Origin: Patescibacteria group bacterium
GTDB lineage: Bacteria; Patescibacteriota; Microgenomatia; 2-02-FULL-39-11
Direction: 5' to 3'
DNA: 64,000 nucleotides
Assembly: GCA_023379265.1 (NCBI GenBank)
Contig: JAMCUI010000004.1
Coordinates: 73,273-137,272 of the forward strand
Part shown: positions 55,390-64,000 of the stretch, piece by piece
How positions within the stretch are numbered: the stretch's first letter is position 1
How the letters are laid out: the number at the start of each line of letters is the position of its first letter
Program-made: the position numbers and the translations under genes
Notes under the pieces: generated by a model
The model's input: the letters and a program-made list of their open reading frames with translations, nothing else
Told to the model about the DNA's origin: nothing
The model's database searches: none

Positions 55390-56976
55390 ATGAATGACTT
55401 GATAGGGGGAGCGGAAATTCTTACTACCGCTCCAGTTGTAAACAGCCAGCCAAAAGATGCGTCTATTTTTGCACGGCCAATCCAAAAAAATCCTCAAAAT
55501 CTGGAACTTTCACGAAACGGTACAGGAAATTACGAGTCCAACCTTCAGCTTATGATCGGACTTCTTGGCCATAAGGCTATTCAGGAAGCGTTTGGGTGTT
55601 CCGGCAACGCTTTACCAATGGTTGCGTTTACCGATTCACTCGATAAGCAACAGGTAGGAGGTGTGGCCAAAGCCGGAGAATTTATCAGAACTCAATTAAA
55701 TTATGCCGCTGAGGAAACCCGCGCGCAAATAGAATCTGCGCTTCCCATTGGCTATCAGACTATATGGCGTTCGGAACTACCGTTTGAACCATCCCATGAA
55801 CAAATTCTCAGAATAGAAAATGCCTTAAAGGATGAAAAACGTATCAAAACCGCTGTAAGACTGCTTGGATTTCCTTCGCTTCAGAGTCTTGCAATCCAAT
55901 CAATTACAAATCCGGACTTCAAAATTGTAGTTAGAAAAAACGATAAGCATATGCCCCAATATCTTAGGGCGGCAGACATAGTCTCACAAAAACTTGGCCG
56001 GCGCCCACCCGGACAAGGTGAAGATATAGTAATAAATCTTAGAGATATCTACAATATCGTTCGCAATTCGACACCAGAGGAATTAAGTAAATCGGCTTTT
56101 CTTGAGACATTGGCTTTTGCCGCTGATATATCTTCGTATTATTTTGTCGATTCCAGCATGCTGCCAAACCAGGCATTTGAATCCGGAGAAAAAATACTTG
56201 ATAAATATCTCAAAGTAATCCTGTCTGCCGGAACGAGAGTTGACCTCATTGGTTTTTCGGTCAGGGAGGGAGACGCAAAAGCCAAAACGGTGCTGCAAAA
56301 TGTCCTTCAAAGTTTTAACGGAAATCAGTGGGGATACAGATCGCCCATGGATTTCATGCAAAAGGGCGCAGACGTCAATGGGCTTTATAAAGAGTTTATC
56401 GACATGCTCCAACCCACCACAGGTGAACAGGGTCAAGTCTTGCCTCCCAGGGTTATTATTACTTTTACGGAATGTAAAATAAACCCTCTTGCTGCGCAAG
56501 GACAACAATCAGGTGAAGGACCTTCCCCCTCTCACGAAATTTCAAACGATTATTATTCTGACGCGGGCCATACTCTGTGGGCTGTTTTACAATGGATTAC
56601 AAGAGCTGCAAATTTGGAAAAAGGGAGCTCATACGAACCTCTCCTCAACCTTATGACAGCATCAAGATCAGACAGATTCAGTTCTGCAAAGGGCGCGCTT
56701 AGGGTGTTGGATCCCCTTATTTCTTCCCCACATAAATTTTTTCTCGCCCAGATAGAATGGCCAGTAATAGAAACGGACGTACGAACCGTAAATCGGGGAA
56801 AACAATCACCAAAAGTGTTCAAAAGCTATAGATTTTCACCGCATTTCGACACTGTCCCTATCAGGGATGCAAAAATCTTGCCTTTCAATGTCAGATCGCT
56901 AAGGAAGGCAGTCCAAAAAAATGGTCTGAGAATGATAAAGAGGCTTCAGGACGAGTCTAAAGGAAAGGACAATTGA
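55390..56976 (+). CDS. Hypothetical protein
   Basis: 528-aa ORF, no recognised motif. Confidence 0.75.
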   Translation: MNDLIGGAEILTTAPVVNSQPKDASIFARPIQKNPQNLELSRNGTGNYESNLQLMIGLLGHKAIQEAFGCSGNALPMVAFTDSLDKQQVGGVAKAGEFIRTQLNYAAEETRAQIESALPIGYQTIWRSELPFEPSHEQILRIENALKDEKRIKTAVRLLGFPSLQSLAIQSITNPDFKIVVRKNDKHMPQYLRAADIVSQKLGRRPPGQGEDIVINLRDIYNIVRNSTPEELSKSAFLETLAFAADISSYYFVDSSMLPNQAFESGEKILDKYLKVILSAGTRVDLIGFSVREGDAKAKTVLQNVLQSFNGNQWGYRSPMDFMQKGADVNGLYKEFIDMLQPTTGEQGQVLPPRVIITFTECKINPLAAQGQQSGEGPSPSHEISNDYYSDAGHTLWAVLQWITRAANLEKGSSYEPLLNLMTASRSDRFSSAKGALRVLDPLISSPHKFFLAQIEWPVIETDVRTVNRGKQSPKVFKSYRFSPHFDTVPIRDAKILPFNVRSLRKAVQKNGLRMIKRLQDESKGKDN

Positions 56977-58925
56977 TGATGAAAGGAATAATTAAAATTT
57001 CTCTTTATATTAGTCTCCTTCTTATATTGTTACTCCATCCAATAAGTGTAGAAGCCAAATCTTACTCCATCACCTCCGACATATACCACGTTCTTATAAA
57101 CAGCGACAAATCCATAGATATAGGAGAAGAGCTGACATATGATTTCTCAGGCAGCTTCAGCTGGGCAGACATGTATATACCCACAAACATCCAAAGGCAG
57201 AACCACAACTACAATGTCACAATTGACAACTTCACTATCTCTTCTGCCGACGGCAACCCGGTCACCCTACTCGAAGACAGACAGGAAGGAAACCGCTTTT
57301 ACGCAAAGTGGGGTTACCAGGCACAGGATGAGAAAAAGACATTCCTTATAAACTACCATGTTACAAATGCGATACAAAAATATCCACTGGTTGCCGAGTT
57401 GTACTGGCAAATTATAGGCAGCGACTGGACGGTTGGCCACTATAATATCGATATCACGGTCATTCTGCCGCAACCCGCCGCTTCAGCAGCCGATATAAAC
57501 GTCTGGGGACATGGTCCACTCAACGGGAAATCGGAAATTATCGATAAGCAAACGGCGCATTTTACCGCCTCTAGTGTTGCTGCCGGACAATTTATGGAGA
57601 TTAGACTTGTCTTTCCTTCCAGTCTTATTTCCGGCAAAACCGACGCCAATACCACTCTTTCCCAGATAAAAAATGGGGAAAACAGTTTTGTCAACCAGAC
57701 TATAAACGCCGCCAAAAATGCCCAGATTCTAAACAATATTCTCCCAAAGATTTTTTCAGGTATGGCAATTATTCCTCTTGCATGGATATTAATACTCATT
57801 TATATCTGGAAAAAATATGGTGAAGAATATAAAGTCAACGGTATACCCAAATACATTAGGGAATTGCCCTCCAATCTCTCACCATCAGAAGTAGACATAC
57901 TGGTAAACCAAGGTGACAAACCGGGTATAAAAGCTTTTACAGCTTCAATATTTGATCTGGCCCGGAGGGGGTTTATAAAAATTCACGACCAGGCCACCCC
58001 AAAAGCAGGTCTTTTTTCTTCAAAAATTGAATACGAGACTACCCTGGAACTTTCTGTCGACTGGCAAAAAAAAGAAAACAAACTTACTGATTATGAAAAT
58101 GACCTTTTATACCTTTTATTTTCTACCATTGGACGCGCACCCGCCGACTCTAAACCATCTGCAGTTAACCATAATGAAAGTATTAAATCCCAATCTCAAA
58201 GTGCAGGTGGGTCAGTTGCCGGCTATCTTGACAAGCTCTTGCACAAAAAGACAGCCTTTGAGGATAAAAACGATAATAAAGTGACTTTTGAAGAGGTAAA
58301 AAGCTGGCTAAAAGGAAATTCCGAGGAATTCACCACTTGGTTTTCCGACTGGCAGGATTCGGTAAAAAAAGAATCTCAAAAATATGCTTTTATCGAGAAA
58401 AAAAGTCGACAGATGTTTGTCGCCTGCTGGATAATTACATTTATTATTCTTTTTATCTCATTTAACCCTCTTCCTCTTATTGCGGCATTTATTATCATCC
58501 CCAAGATTAAACGCTGGGACCGAAAATGGGTAAAGGAAGCAGAAGAGTGGAAAGCCTTCAAACAATTCCTCAAAGATTTCGGCGGCTTTAAGAACTTGCC
58601 GCCTGAATCTTTTAAACTTTGGGAATTTTATCTCGTCTTTGCCATCCTTTTTGGAGTAGCAGATAAGATCATAAAGATGCTGCCGGCCATTCTAGCTAGT
58701 CCCCAAGCTGTTCATGCCGGATGGTACTATATGGCAACAAGCAGCAATCTTTCTGGCGGGTCAAATCTGGATGCTACTACTCAAATGGTAAATTCTCTAA
58801 ATATACTTACGTCGGAATTGCAAACGGCTTCGATTTCCTCATCACACTACTCATCAGGAGGAGGCGGTGGCTTTTCCGGAGGAGGCGGTGGCGGCGGGGG
58901 TGGTGGAGGAGGAGGCGCAGGATGA
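56976..58925 (+). CDS. DUF2207 membrane protein
   Basis: Signal peptide, ELYWQIIG..W, WGHGPL, DLARRG, W..YLVFA..FGV, Gly-rich GGGFSGGGGGGGGGG tail. Confidence 0.92.
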   Translation: MMKGIIKISLYISLLLILLLHPISVEAKSYSITSDIYHVLINSDKSIDIGEELTYDFSGSFSWADMYIPTNIQRQNHNYNVTIDNFTISSADGNPVTLLEDRQEGNRFYAKWGYQAQDEKKTFLINYHVTNAIQKYPLVAELYWQIIGSDWTVGHYNIDITVILPQPAASAADINVWGHGPLNGKSEIIDKQTAHFTASSVAAGQFMEIRLVFPSSLISGKTDANTTLSQIKNGENSFVNQTINAAKNAQILNNILPKIFSGMAIIPLAWILILIYIWKKYGEEYKVNGIPKYIRELPSNLSPSEVDILVNQGDKPGIKAFTASIFDLARRGFIKIHDQATPKAGLFSSKIEYETTLELSVDWQKKENKLTDYENDLLYLLFSTIGRAPADSKPSAVNHNESIKSQSQSAGGSVAGYLDKLLHKKTAFEDKNDNKVTFEEVKSWLKGNSEEFTTWFSDWQDSVKKESQKYAFIEKKSRQMFVACWIITFIILFISFNPLPLIAAFIIIPKIKRWDRKWVKEAEEWKAFKQFLKDFGGFKNLPPESFKLWEFYLVFAILFGVADKIIKMLPAILASPQAVHAGWYYMATSSNLSGGSNLDATTQMVNSLNILTSELQTASISSSHYSSGGGGGFSGGGGGGGGGGGGGAG

Positions 58926-59140
58926 CAGAAAATATAGTTGTACTAAAAACTTACAGTTCCAGAATTGAGGCAGAACTTGTCAGGGGAAAACTGGAAACTG
59001 TCGGTATAGAATCATTTGTGATGGCTGACGATGCCGGAGGAATGTATCCCTTCCCCGCTCAGTCGGGGTTTGATAAAGTCAAGCTTTTTGTTCGCAAAAG
59101 TGACTTAAAAAATGCTCTGAAACTGCTTTGCCCCAATTGA
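58922..59140 (+). CDS. DUF2007 putative signal-transducing protein
   Basis: ATGA overlap; MTENIVVLKTYSSRIEAELVRGKLETVGIESFV..VKLFV. Confidence 0.85.
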   Translation: MTENIVVLKTYSSRIEAELVRGKLETVGIESFVMADDAGGMYPFPAQSGFDKVKLFVRKSDLKNALKLLCPN

Positions 59141-59146
59141 ATTTTC

Positions 59147-59569
59147 TTATATCAATACCAATACAGCAGCCATAAAAAGAAGCGATACCAGCCTGAAAGC
59201 ATTATCAAGAACATATAATTCCCACGGCTTCTTTTCTGCACCAAATAAATATCCTGATAAGCTTGTTGTCGCTACAAAACCAAGCCATGCCCATACAGCA
59301 GTTTTGAGACCTACTGTAAGATTATAGGATCCTGGCTTGGTAAACCAGATGAAATGGAAGAGCACATACGCCATGACTGCTGAAGAAACAAACATCGTCA
59401 GGTATTTGCCATTCATGCCTTTCCTGGCTGCCTCCATTTGCTTCTCTGTTATCCCGGCCAGCTTCATCCATTGTTTGCCAAAAAGCGGACCGTACCAGAT
59501 AAATCCGGTAAGCATCGACACCAAAGCGGCTATTACAACTGAAAAATAATTCACAGGCACCAAAAACAT
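59147..59569 (-). CDS. DUF1761 membrane protein
   Basis: GFIWYGPLFGKQW, WLGFVAT; AGGAGGT SD. Confidence 0.88.
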   Translation of the reverse strand: MFLVPVNYFSVVIAALVSMLTGFIWYGPLFGKQWMKLAGITEKQMEAARKGMNGKYLTMFVSSAVMAYVLFHFIWFTKPGSYNLTVGLKTAVWAWLGFVATTSLSGYLFGAEKKPWELYVLDNAFRLVSLLFMAAVLVLI

Positions 59570-59626
59570 CCTTCATCACCTCCTATCTTCATTGAGTATA
59601 AACACAATATATGACTTATCAATAAC

Positions 59627-59707
59627 ATATACACATCTTATTCTGGTTCGAAGCTTGTAGAGCCAAAAAAGCAGATAAGTGCTGAGACGTAGCCGAAGCA
59701 TAGATGG
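59627..59707 (-). repeat. 81-bp dispersed repeat, copy 2
   Basis: Reverse complement of 47893-47973. Confidence 0.9.
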
Positions 59708-59710
59708 GTA

Positions 59711-60523
59711 TTAACTTCTGAAATACTCGAGAGTCAAGCATTTTACCGAGCCGCCACCCTTAAAATACTCCTCCATTTGGGTTTCAAATATTTCATAGCC
59801 TACTTTCAAAAGTTCGCTTTTGACATCTTTACCTACTCCGCGTCCGGTTATCACGGTATGGTCCCGGGAGAGAATATTGCAACACATAAACGGCATATCT
59901 GCTTTTTGGGCCAAAATGACTTTCTTGAAATTCTTTTTTATCTTTTCTACATCCTCGTTGCTGAAAGATGAAGGATTTATGACTACTTTGCCGTCTCCCA
60001 AAGGCGCAAAACAGGTATCCAGGTGGTAATAATACGGATCATTGACTTCAAAACTGATAACTTTCTCGCCTACTATCTTTTCTATATACTTCAGAGCTTC
60101 TTTTGATGTCCTCTTGCCCCAACCGCAAAAGAATTTTCCATCCCGGTAAAACATATCCCCCTGTCCTTCAAAATATATGCCCTCAGGTATCTTTTTTATC
60201 TTAAATCCCTTTTCCTTAAAATATTTTTCTGCCCAGTCTGCTTCCTTTCTCCTTTGCTGAAATCGGAAGTTTGACTTTATAAAAATATCATCTATGACAA
60301 AACCGTGGTTGGCGGCATAGACCATGTCGGGCAATCCGGGCTGCGCGTCAATCTCTTGCACCTCAAGATCCAGCTTCCTGTAAATATCTTTAAGATTTTT
60401 ATATTCCGATTTGACTTTTTGTTGATCAACCTTATTTTTGATATCCATCCACGGATTTATCTCATACTCTATTTGGTAATAGTCAGGCGGACACAAAAGG
60501 ACGGTCTTTATATCTTTTGACAT
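59711..60523 (-). CDS. Amidinotransferase/dimethylargininase (pentein) family protein
   Basis: YEINPWM, PDMVYAAN, FEGQGD, YHLDTCF, GGGSVKCLT catalytic Cys. Confidence 0.9.
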   Translation of the reverse strand: MSKDIKTVLLCPPDYYQIEYEINPWMDIKNKVDQQKVKSEYKNLKDIYRKLDLEVQEIDAQPGLPDMVYAANHGFVIDDIFIKSNFRFQQRRKEADWAEKYFKEKGFKIKKIPEGIYFEGQGDMFYRDGKFFCGWGKRTSKEALKYIEKIVGEKVISFEVNDPYYYHLDTCFAPLGDGKVVINPSSFSNEDVEKIKKNFKKVILAQKADMPFMCCNILSRDHTVITGRGVGKDVKSELLKVGYEIFETQMEEYFKGGGSVKCLTLEYFRS

Positions 60524-60664
60524 AAATTGTGAGAAATATTACAAAGAATTAGTATGAGTGTATCGTCTGAGAGCAAAAATTGTCAATAAGGAAACCCGCT
60601 GGAGGCATCCGGCGGGTCATAAAGATTCCGCCATTTCCCTAAATACTCTCACAATTATCAGGCT

Positions 60665-61681
60665 TTACTTATTTGTCTCCAAATAATATTCCAAAAGAGT
60701 TCTAAAAAGTGCGGTTACTGGCACAGCCAATATCATGCCAAGTATTCCCCAGAGGTGCGCGCCAGCCACTACAGCAAAAAGTACAACAAATGGGTGGAGT
60801 TTTGTTGCCTTACCCAAGACGACAGGAATTATAAGTATGTCTTCAGCTTCGCGCAAAATAAAATAGGCCAGGGCAACCACCAACCCCTGCATAAGAGGTG
60901 GCAGATTGAGAGTATTTATACCATCAAATATTGCCACCAATACCGCTGCTGCCCCGGCGATAACCGGACCGACAATGGGAACAATTTCCGCGATGCCGGT
61001 AAATATTCCCAAAGTCAGAGCATATCTGACATGCAATAGGGACAACACAATAAACGACACGACAGCCATAAGAAATACCAGAAAAATCTGACCTCGCAAA
61101 TAATCATTCAGGACAGTACTTGTACGTGAGAAAATATCCTCAGCGATTTTCCTGTATTTTGGCGGTAGGCTTCCTATTAGTTTTCTTATCATCATATCCC
61201 CGTCTTTGAGAAAATAAAACCCTGAAACAAGAAAAATAAGAGTGGATACTATACCTGAAAGGGCCCCAGAAAAATAAGGAGTAAGACGGGTAGGCGTAAA
61301 TGAGTATACCAACTCGCGGTTTGCCGCCAGCTCCATGATGGTAAAACGTAACCAGTCCGGATAATCGGATAATTGGTTGGCAGAGATATAACGCAGTTTA
61401 CTGAGTTCACTACCCAATTCCCTTGATTCCCTAGCAAGAAGTATGCCTGACCTGGCTGAAGCAATGACGAGGATTGCAGCCACCAGAATATAAATTGTCA
61501 CTACACTCAAAGTTCTGGGTATATGCAACTTTTCTGAAAGAAATCTGACTGAAGGATTCAGTATATATGCTAATATAGCAGCCAGTATAAAGGGAGTAAG
61601 GACTCCTCTTATAACAAACAGGAAGAGCAAAGCTCCTGTAAAAAGGAGGGTCTTTACGGTATTCCTCTGGTCAATTTTCAT
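60665..61681 (-). CDS. AI-2E family transporter
   Basis: PFILAAILAYILNP, YLRGQ, VPIVGP, LHPF, G.LGMILAVP. Confidence 0.92.
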   Translation of the reverse strand: MKIDQRNTVKTLLFTGALLFLFVIRGVLTPFILAAILAYILNPSVRFLSEKLHIPRTLSVVTIYILVAAILVIASARSGILLARESRELGSELSKLRYISANQLSDYPDWLRFTIMELAANRELVYSFTPTRLTPYFSGALSGIVSTLIFLVSGFYFLKDGDMMIRKLIGSLPPKYRKIAEDIFSRTSTVLNDYLRGQIFLVFLMAVVSFIVLSLLHVRYALTLGIFTGIAEIVPIVGPVIAGAAAVLVAIFDGINTLNLPPLMQGLVVALAYFILREAEDILIIPVVLGKATKLHPFVVLFAVVAGAHLWGILGMILAVPVTALFRTLLEYYLETNK

Positions 61682-62130
61682 ACGTGGTATTTTTTCTTCA
61701 TTACTACCGATGCGGCTACAAAACCAATCCCGACAAGGATAAAAAATATAGGCAGGATTATTCCCGCTGCGCCTGCCAGTAGCCCTGCTGATGGTGTGGC
61801 GGTTGGAGTTGCAGGCACGATTGTGTCTGTTGGTGTCAGGCTGGGAGTATCGGTGGGAACTTCAGTAGGCAGCGCACGGTATACCGGTCTTGGTGTAGAT
61901 GTTGCTGAAGCGGGCACAGGAGTAAGTGTTTCAGTCGGGCCCGGTGTATTTGTCGGCCCTGACGTGGGAGTAATAGTAGGCGTATCTGACGATGCTGGAG
62001 TACCTGTGGCAGGAGCAGTTGTTGGAGTATTAGACTGCGCCAAAACAGAACCCTGTTTTGTCAAAATTACGGTAAGAAGGAATAATATGCTCAAAAAACA
62101 AAAAAATACCGCTTTTTTCATCATATTCAA
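61678..62130 (-). CDS. Thr/Pro-rich secreted protein with C-terminal membrane anchor
   Basis: Signal peptide, TPT repeats, hydrophobic C-terminus followed by KKK. Confidence 0.8.
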   Translation of the reverse strand: MNMMKKAVFFCFLSILFLLTVILTKQGSVLAQSNTPTTAPATGTPASSDTPTITPTSGPTNTPGPTETLTPVPASATSTPRPVYRALPTEVPTDTPSLTPTDTIVPATPTATPSAGLLAGAAGIILPIFFILVGIGFVAASVVMKKKYHV

Positions 62131-62170
62131 ACGATAGCGTATTTTACATTATCGGGAATAAGAAGACAAG

Positions 62171-63382
62171 TTATTTATTAGAAGGTTTATAAAACTTTCT
62201 ACCCTTTAATTTTTCCGGCAAAAAGTATTTTCCTTCTGTTGGCCCGACATATCCCCCACTCCAGATATAATCCTTGGCATACCCCAACTGTTTCATCAGT
62301 TTTGTCGGTGCATTGCGAAGATGAAGAGGTACCGGTTCATTTGGTAATTCATAAACAGCACTTTTGGCTGCGGAAAGAGCGTTGGGTACTGCCCTGGACT
62401 TTGGCACGCGGGAAAGGTAAATGGCGGTATGAGCCAATATAAGTTGTGCCTCCGGCATACCAATTTTGGTCACAGCATCAAATGCAGCATTTGCCATAAT
62501 CAGCGCTCCGCGGTCGGCCATACCGATATCTTCTGAGGCTAGGATTATCATTCTTCGGGCTATAAATTTGGGATCCTCGCCGTTTTCTAGCATCCTGGCC
62601 AAATAATATAAAGCAGCATCGGGATCACTACCGCGCACCGATTTTATGAAAGCACTTATGATATTGTAATGTTCATCGGCTTTCTTATCATAAAGACCGG
62701 CCGAGCGTGTCTGGAAAACTTCTTTTACCAATTCATTATCAATATCCCTTTTTCTATATGCAGTCACTGCCATTTCCAAAGCGTTCAGCATTATCCGGGC
62801 ATCACCTCCGGAAAGTCGCATAAGGAGTTCGCTTGCATCTTTGTCAATTTTCTTCTTATATTTACCCAATCCGTCTTTGATGTCCGTCATTGCCCTTTGA
62901 ATAATTTTCTCCAAATCATCCTTTTCCAATCCTCTAAGCACAAACACCCTGCATCTTGACAACAAAGGACTGATTATCTCAAATGACGGGTTTTCTGTTG
63001 TTGCACCAATAAGAATTAGAATGTTTGACTCTACATGAGGCAAAAGGACATCCTGCTGGGCTTTATTCCAACGGTGTATCTCATCAATAAAAAGGATTGT
63101 CTTTTTACCTATTTGCTGGTTAAGTTTGGCTAAGTTAATAATTTTTAATAACGCTTCCTTACCGCTTTCTACAGCTGACAGTTGGTGGAAATCTGCCCCC
63201 GTTTCCTGTGAAATTATATAAGCTAATGTAGTCTTGCCGCTTCCCGGCGGCCCCCAGAAAATCATGGAAAAGAGATTGTCACCCTCAATCATCTTCCTTA
63301 TTATTCTCCCCCATCCAACCAGATGCTCTTGTCCGACAAAATCCGCAAGACTTTTGGGTCTCAGGCTGTAGGCTAAATTCAT
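62171..63382 (-). CDS. rarA: Replication-associated recombination protein A (MgsA)
   Basis: GPPGSGKTT, DEIHRWNKAQQD, ATTENP, SAFIKSVRGSDPDA, HLRNAPT. Confidence 0.97.
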   Translation of the reverse strand: MNLAYSLRPKSLADFVGQEHLVGWGRIIRKMIEGDNLFSMIFWGPPGSGKTTLAYIISQETGADFHQLSAVESGKEALLKIINLAKLNQQIGKKTILFIDEIHRWNKAQQDVLLPHVESNILILIGATTENPSFEIISPLLSRCRVFVLRGLEKDDLEKIIQRAMTDIKDGLGKYKKKIDKDASELLMRLSGGDARIMLNALEMAVTAYRKRDIDNELVKEVFQTRSAGLYDKKADEHYNIISAFIKSVRGSDPDAALYYLARMLENGEDPKFIARRMIILASEDIGMADRGALIMANAAFDAVTKIGMPEAQLILAHTAIYLSRVPKSRAVPNALSAAKSAVYELPNEPVPLHLRNAPTKLMKQLGYAKDYIWSGGYVGPTEGKYFLPEKLKGRKFYKPSNK

Positions 63383-63426
63383 GGCCTTATTGTATCACGG
63401 GATAAAAGGAGTTTAACGGAGAAAAT

Positions 63427-64000
63427 TTAGGGGGCTGGCGGCACAACTACAGTCTTTAGTCCGTATGCGCCGTCTATATAAGTAACAAATATAGTACTAC
63501 TGCCGGAATAATTACTGGATAACTCCCAAAAAGCATCACCTTGCATCATAGAGTTTGGCGTCCATGAGGTATTGGTCACTGTCTGTACCGCTGACCAGTT
63601 TGCTCCCTGGAATGGGTTTTGTCCTACCTTATAAAACACTCCTGCGTTTGCGCTGTCATTTTTGCCGGCAGACCGGTAGAAAACATAGAGATTACCGGTG
63701 GAAGTATCAAGCGATATAGCGGGTGTATAAAATACGGTGCTGTTATCCAATGTAACCGGGCTGTTCCATTGTGTCGTTCTGTTTTCATACTGTACTGAAC
63801 CGTCACTGCCTATATATACCAAATGTACGGTATCCCCATTGGCAACTATAGAAAATCCCTGTATATAAATTCCCATTACTGTTGAAGAAACTATAGTCTC
63901 CTGGGGTTGCCAACTTGTACCATCAAAAAGTCTCCCGTAAATCTGTCCGTATGTCCCGTCTGTACTTTTATACACCACATAGACCTTCCCATTTGTCAAC
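63427..64000 (-). CDS. C-terminal part of a secreted beta-propeller/BNR-like protein (truncated by window edge)
   Basis: Repeated VYVVY..W, VHLVY..W, LYVFY..W strands. Confidence 0.6.
   Translation of the reverse strand, partial: LTNGKVYVVYKSTDGTYGQIYGRLFDGTSWQPQETIVSSTVMGIYIQGFSIVANGDTVHLVYIGSDGSVQYENRTTQWNSPVTLDNSTVFYTPAISLDTSTGNLYVFYRSAGKNDSANAGVFYKVGQNPFQGANWSAVQTVTNTSWTPNSMMQGDAFWELSSNYSGSSTIFVTYIDGAYGLKTVVVPPAP

Overview
Bacterial chromosome segment using the standard genetic code (TGA is a stop). The lineage is probably Patescibacteria/CPR, Microgenomates-like; this is inferred from the short EF-Ts, archaeal-type ProRS, TraD/TrwB-like ATPase, many leaderless-type promoters and many orphans. 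The flanks (1-32 kb, 44.5-64 kb) hold housekeeping genes (ssb, rpsF, cysS, recR, prs, dnaX, ybeY, rpsU, proS, frr, tsf, rpsB, tmk, rarA), a SAM/SAH-salvage and reverse-transsulfuration cluster with an unannotated Cys-Cys-Cys leader-peptide attenuator, and a proBAC operon under a Pro T-box. The main discovery is a ~12 kb island (32.5-44.5 kb) built like an rRNA operon but encoding proteins. One consensus sigma70 promoter and one terminal terminator enclose seven units. Each unit has an upstream hairpin, a boxA-like antitermination site, a leader arm complementary to a trailer arm just past the unit's last stop codon, a long inner hairpin, a strong Shine-Dalgarno site and 1-2 membrane/surface-protein ORFs, most with foreign C-ending codon usage. 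This suggests a long antiterminated precursor processed into stem-clamped (possibly circular or exported) mRNAs. All pairings were read by eye; no folding or database searches were run.
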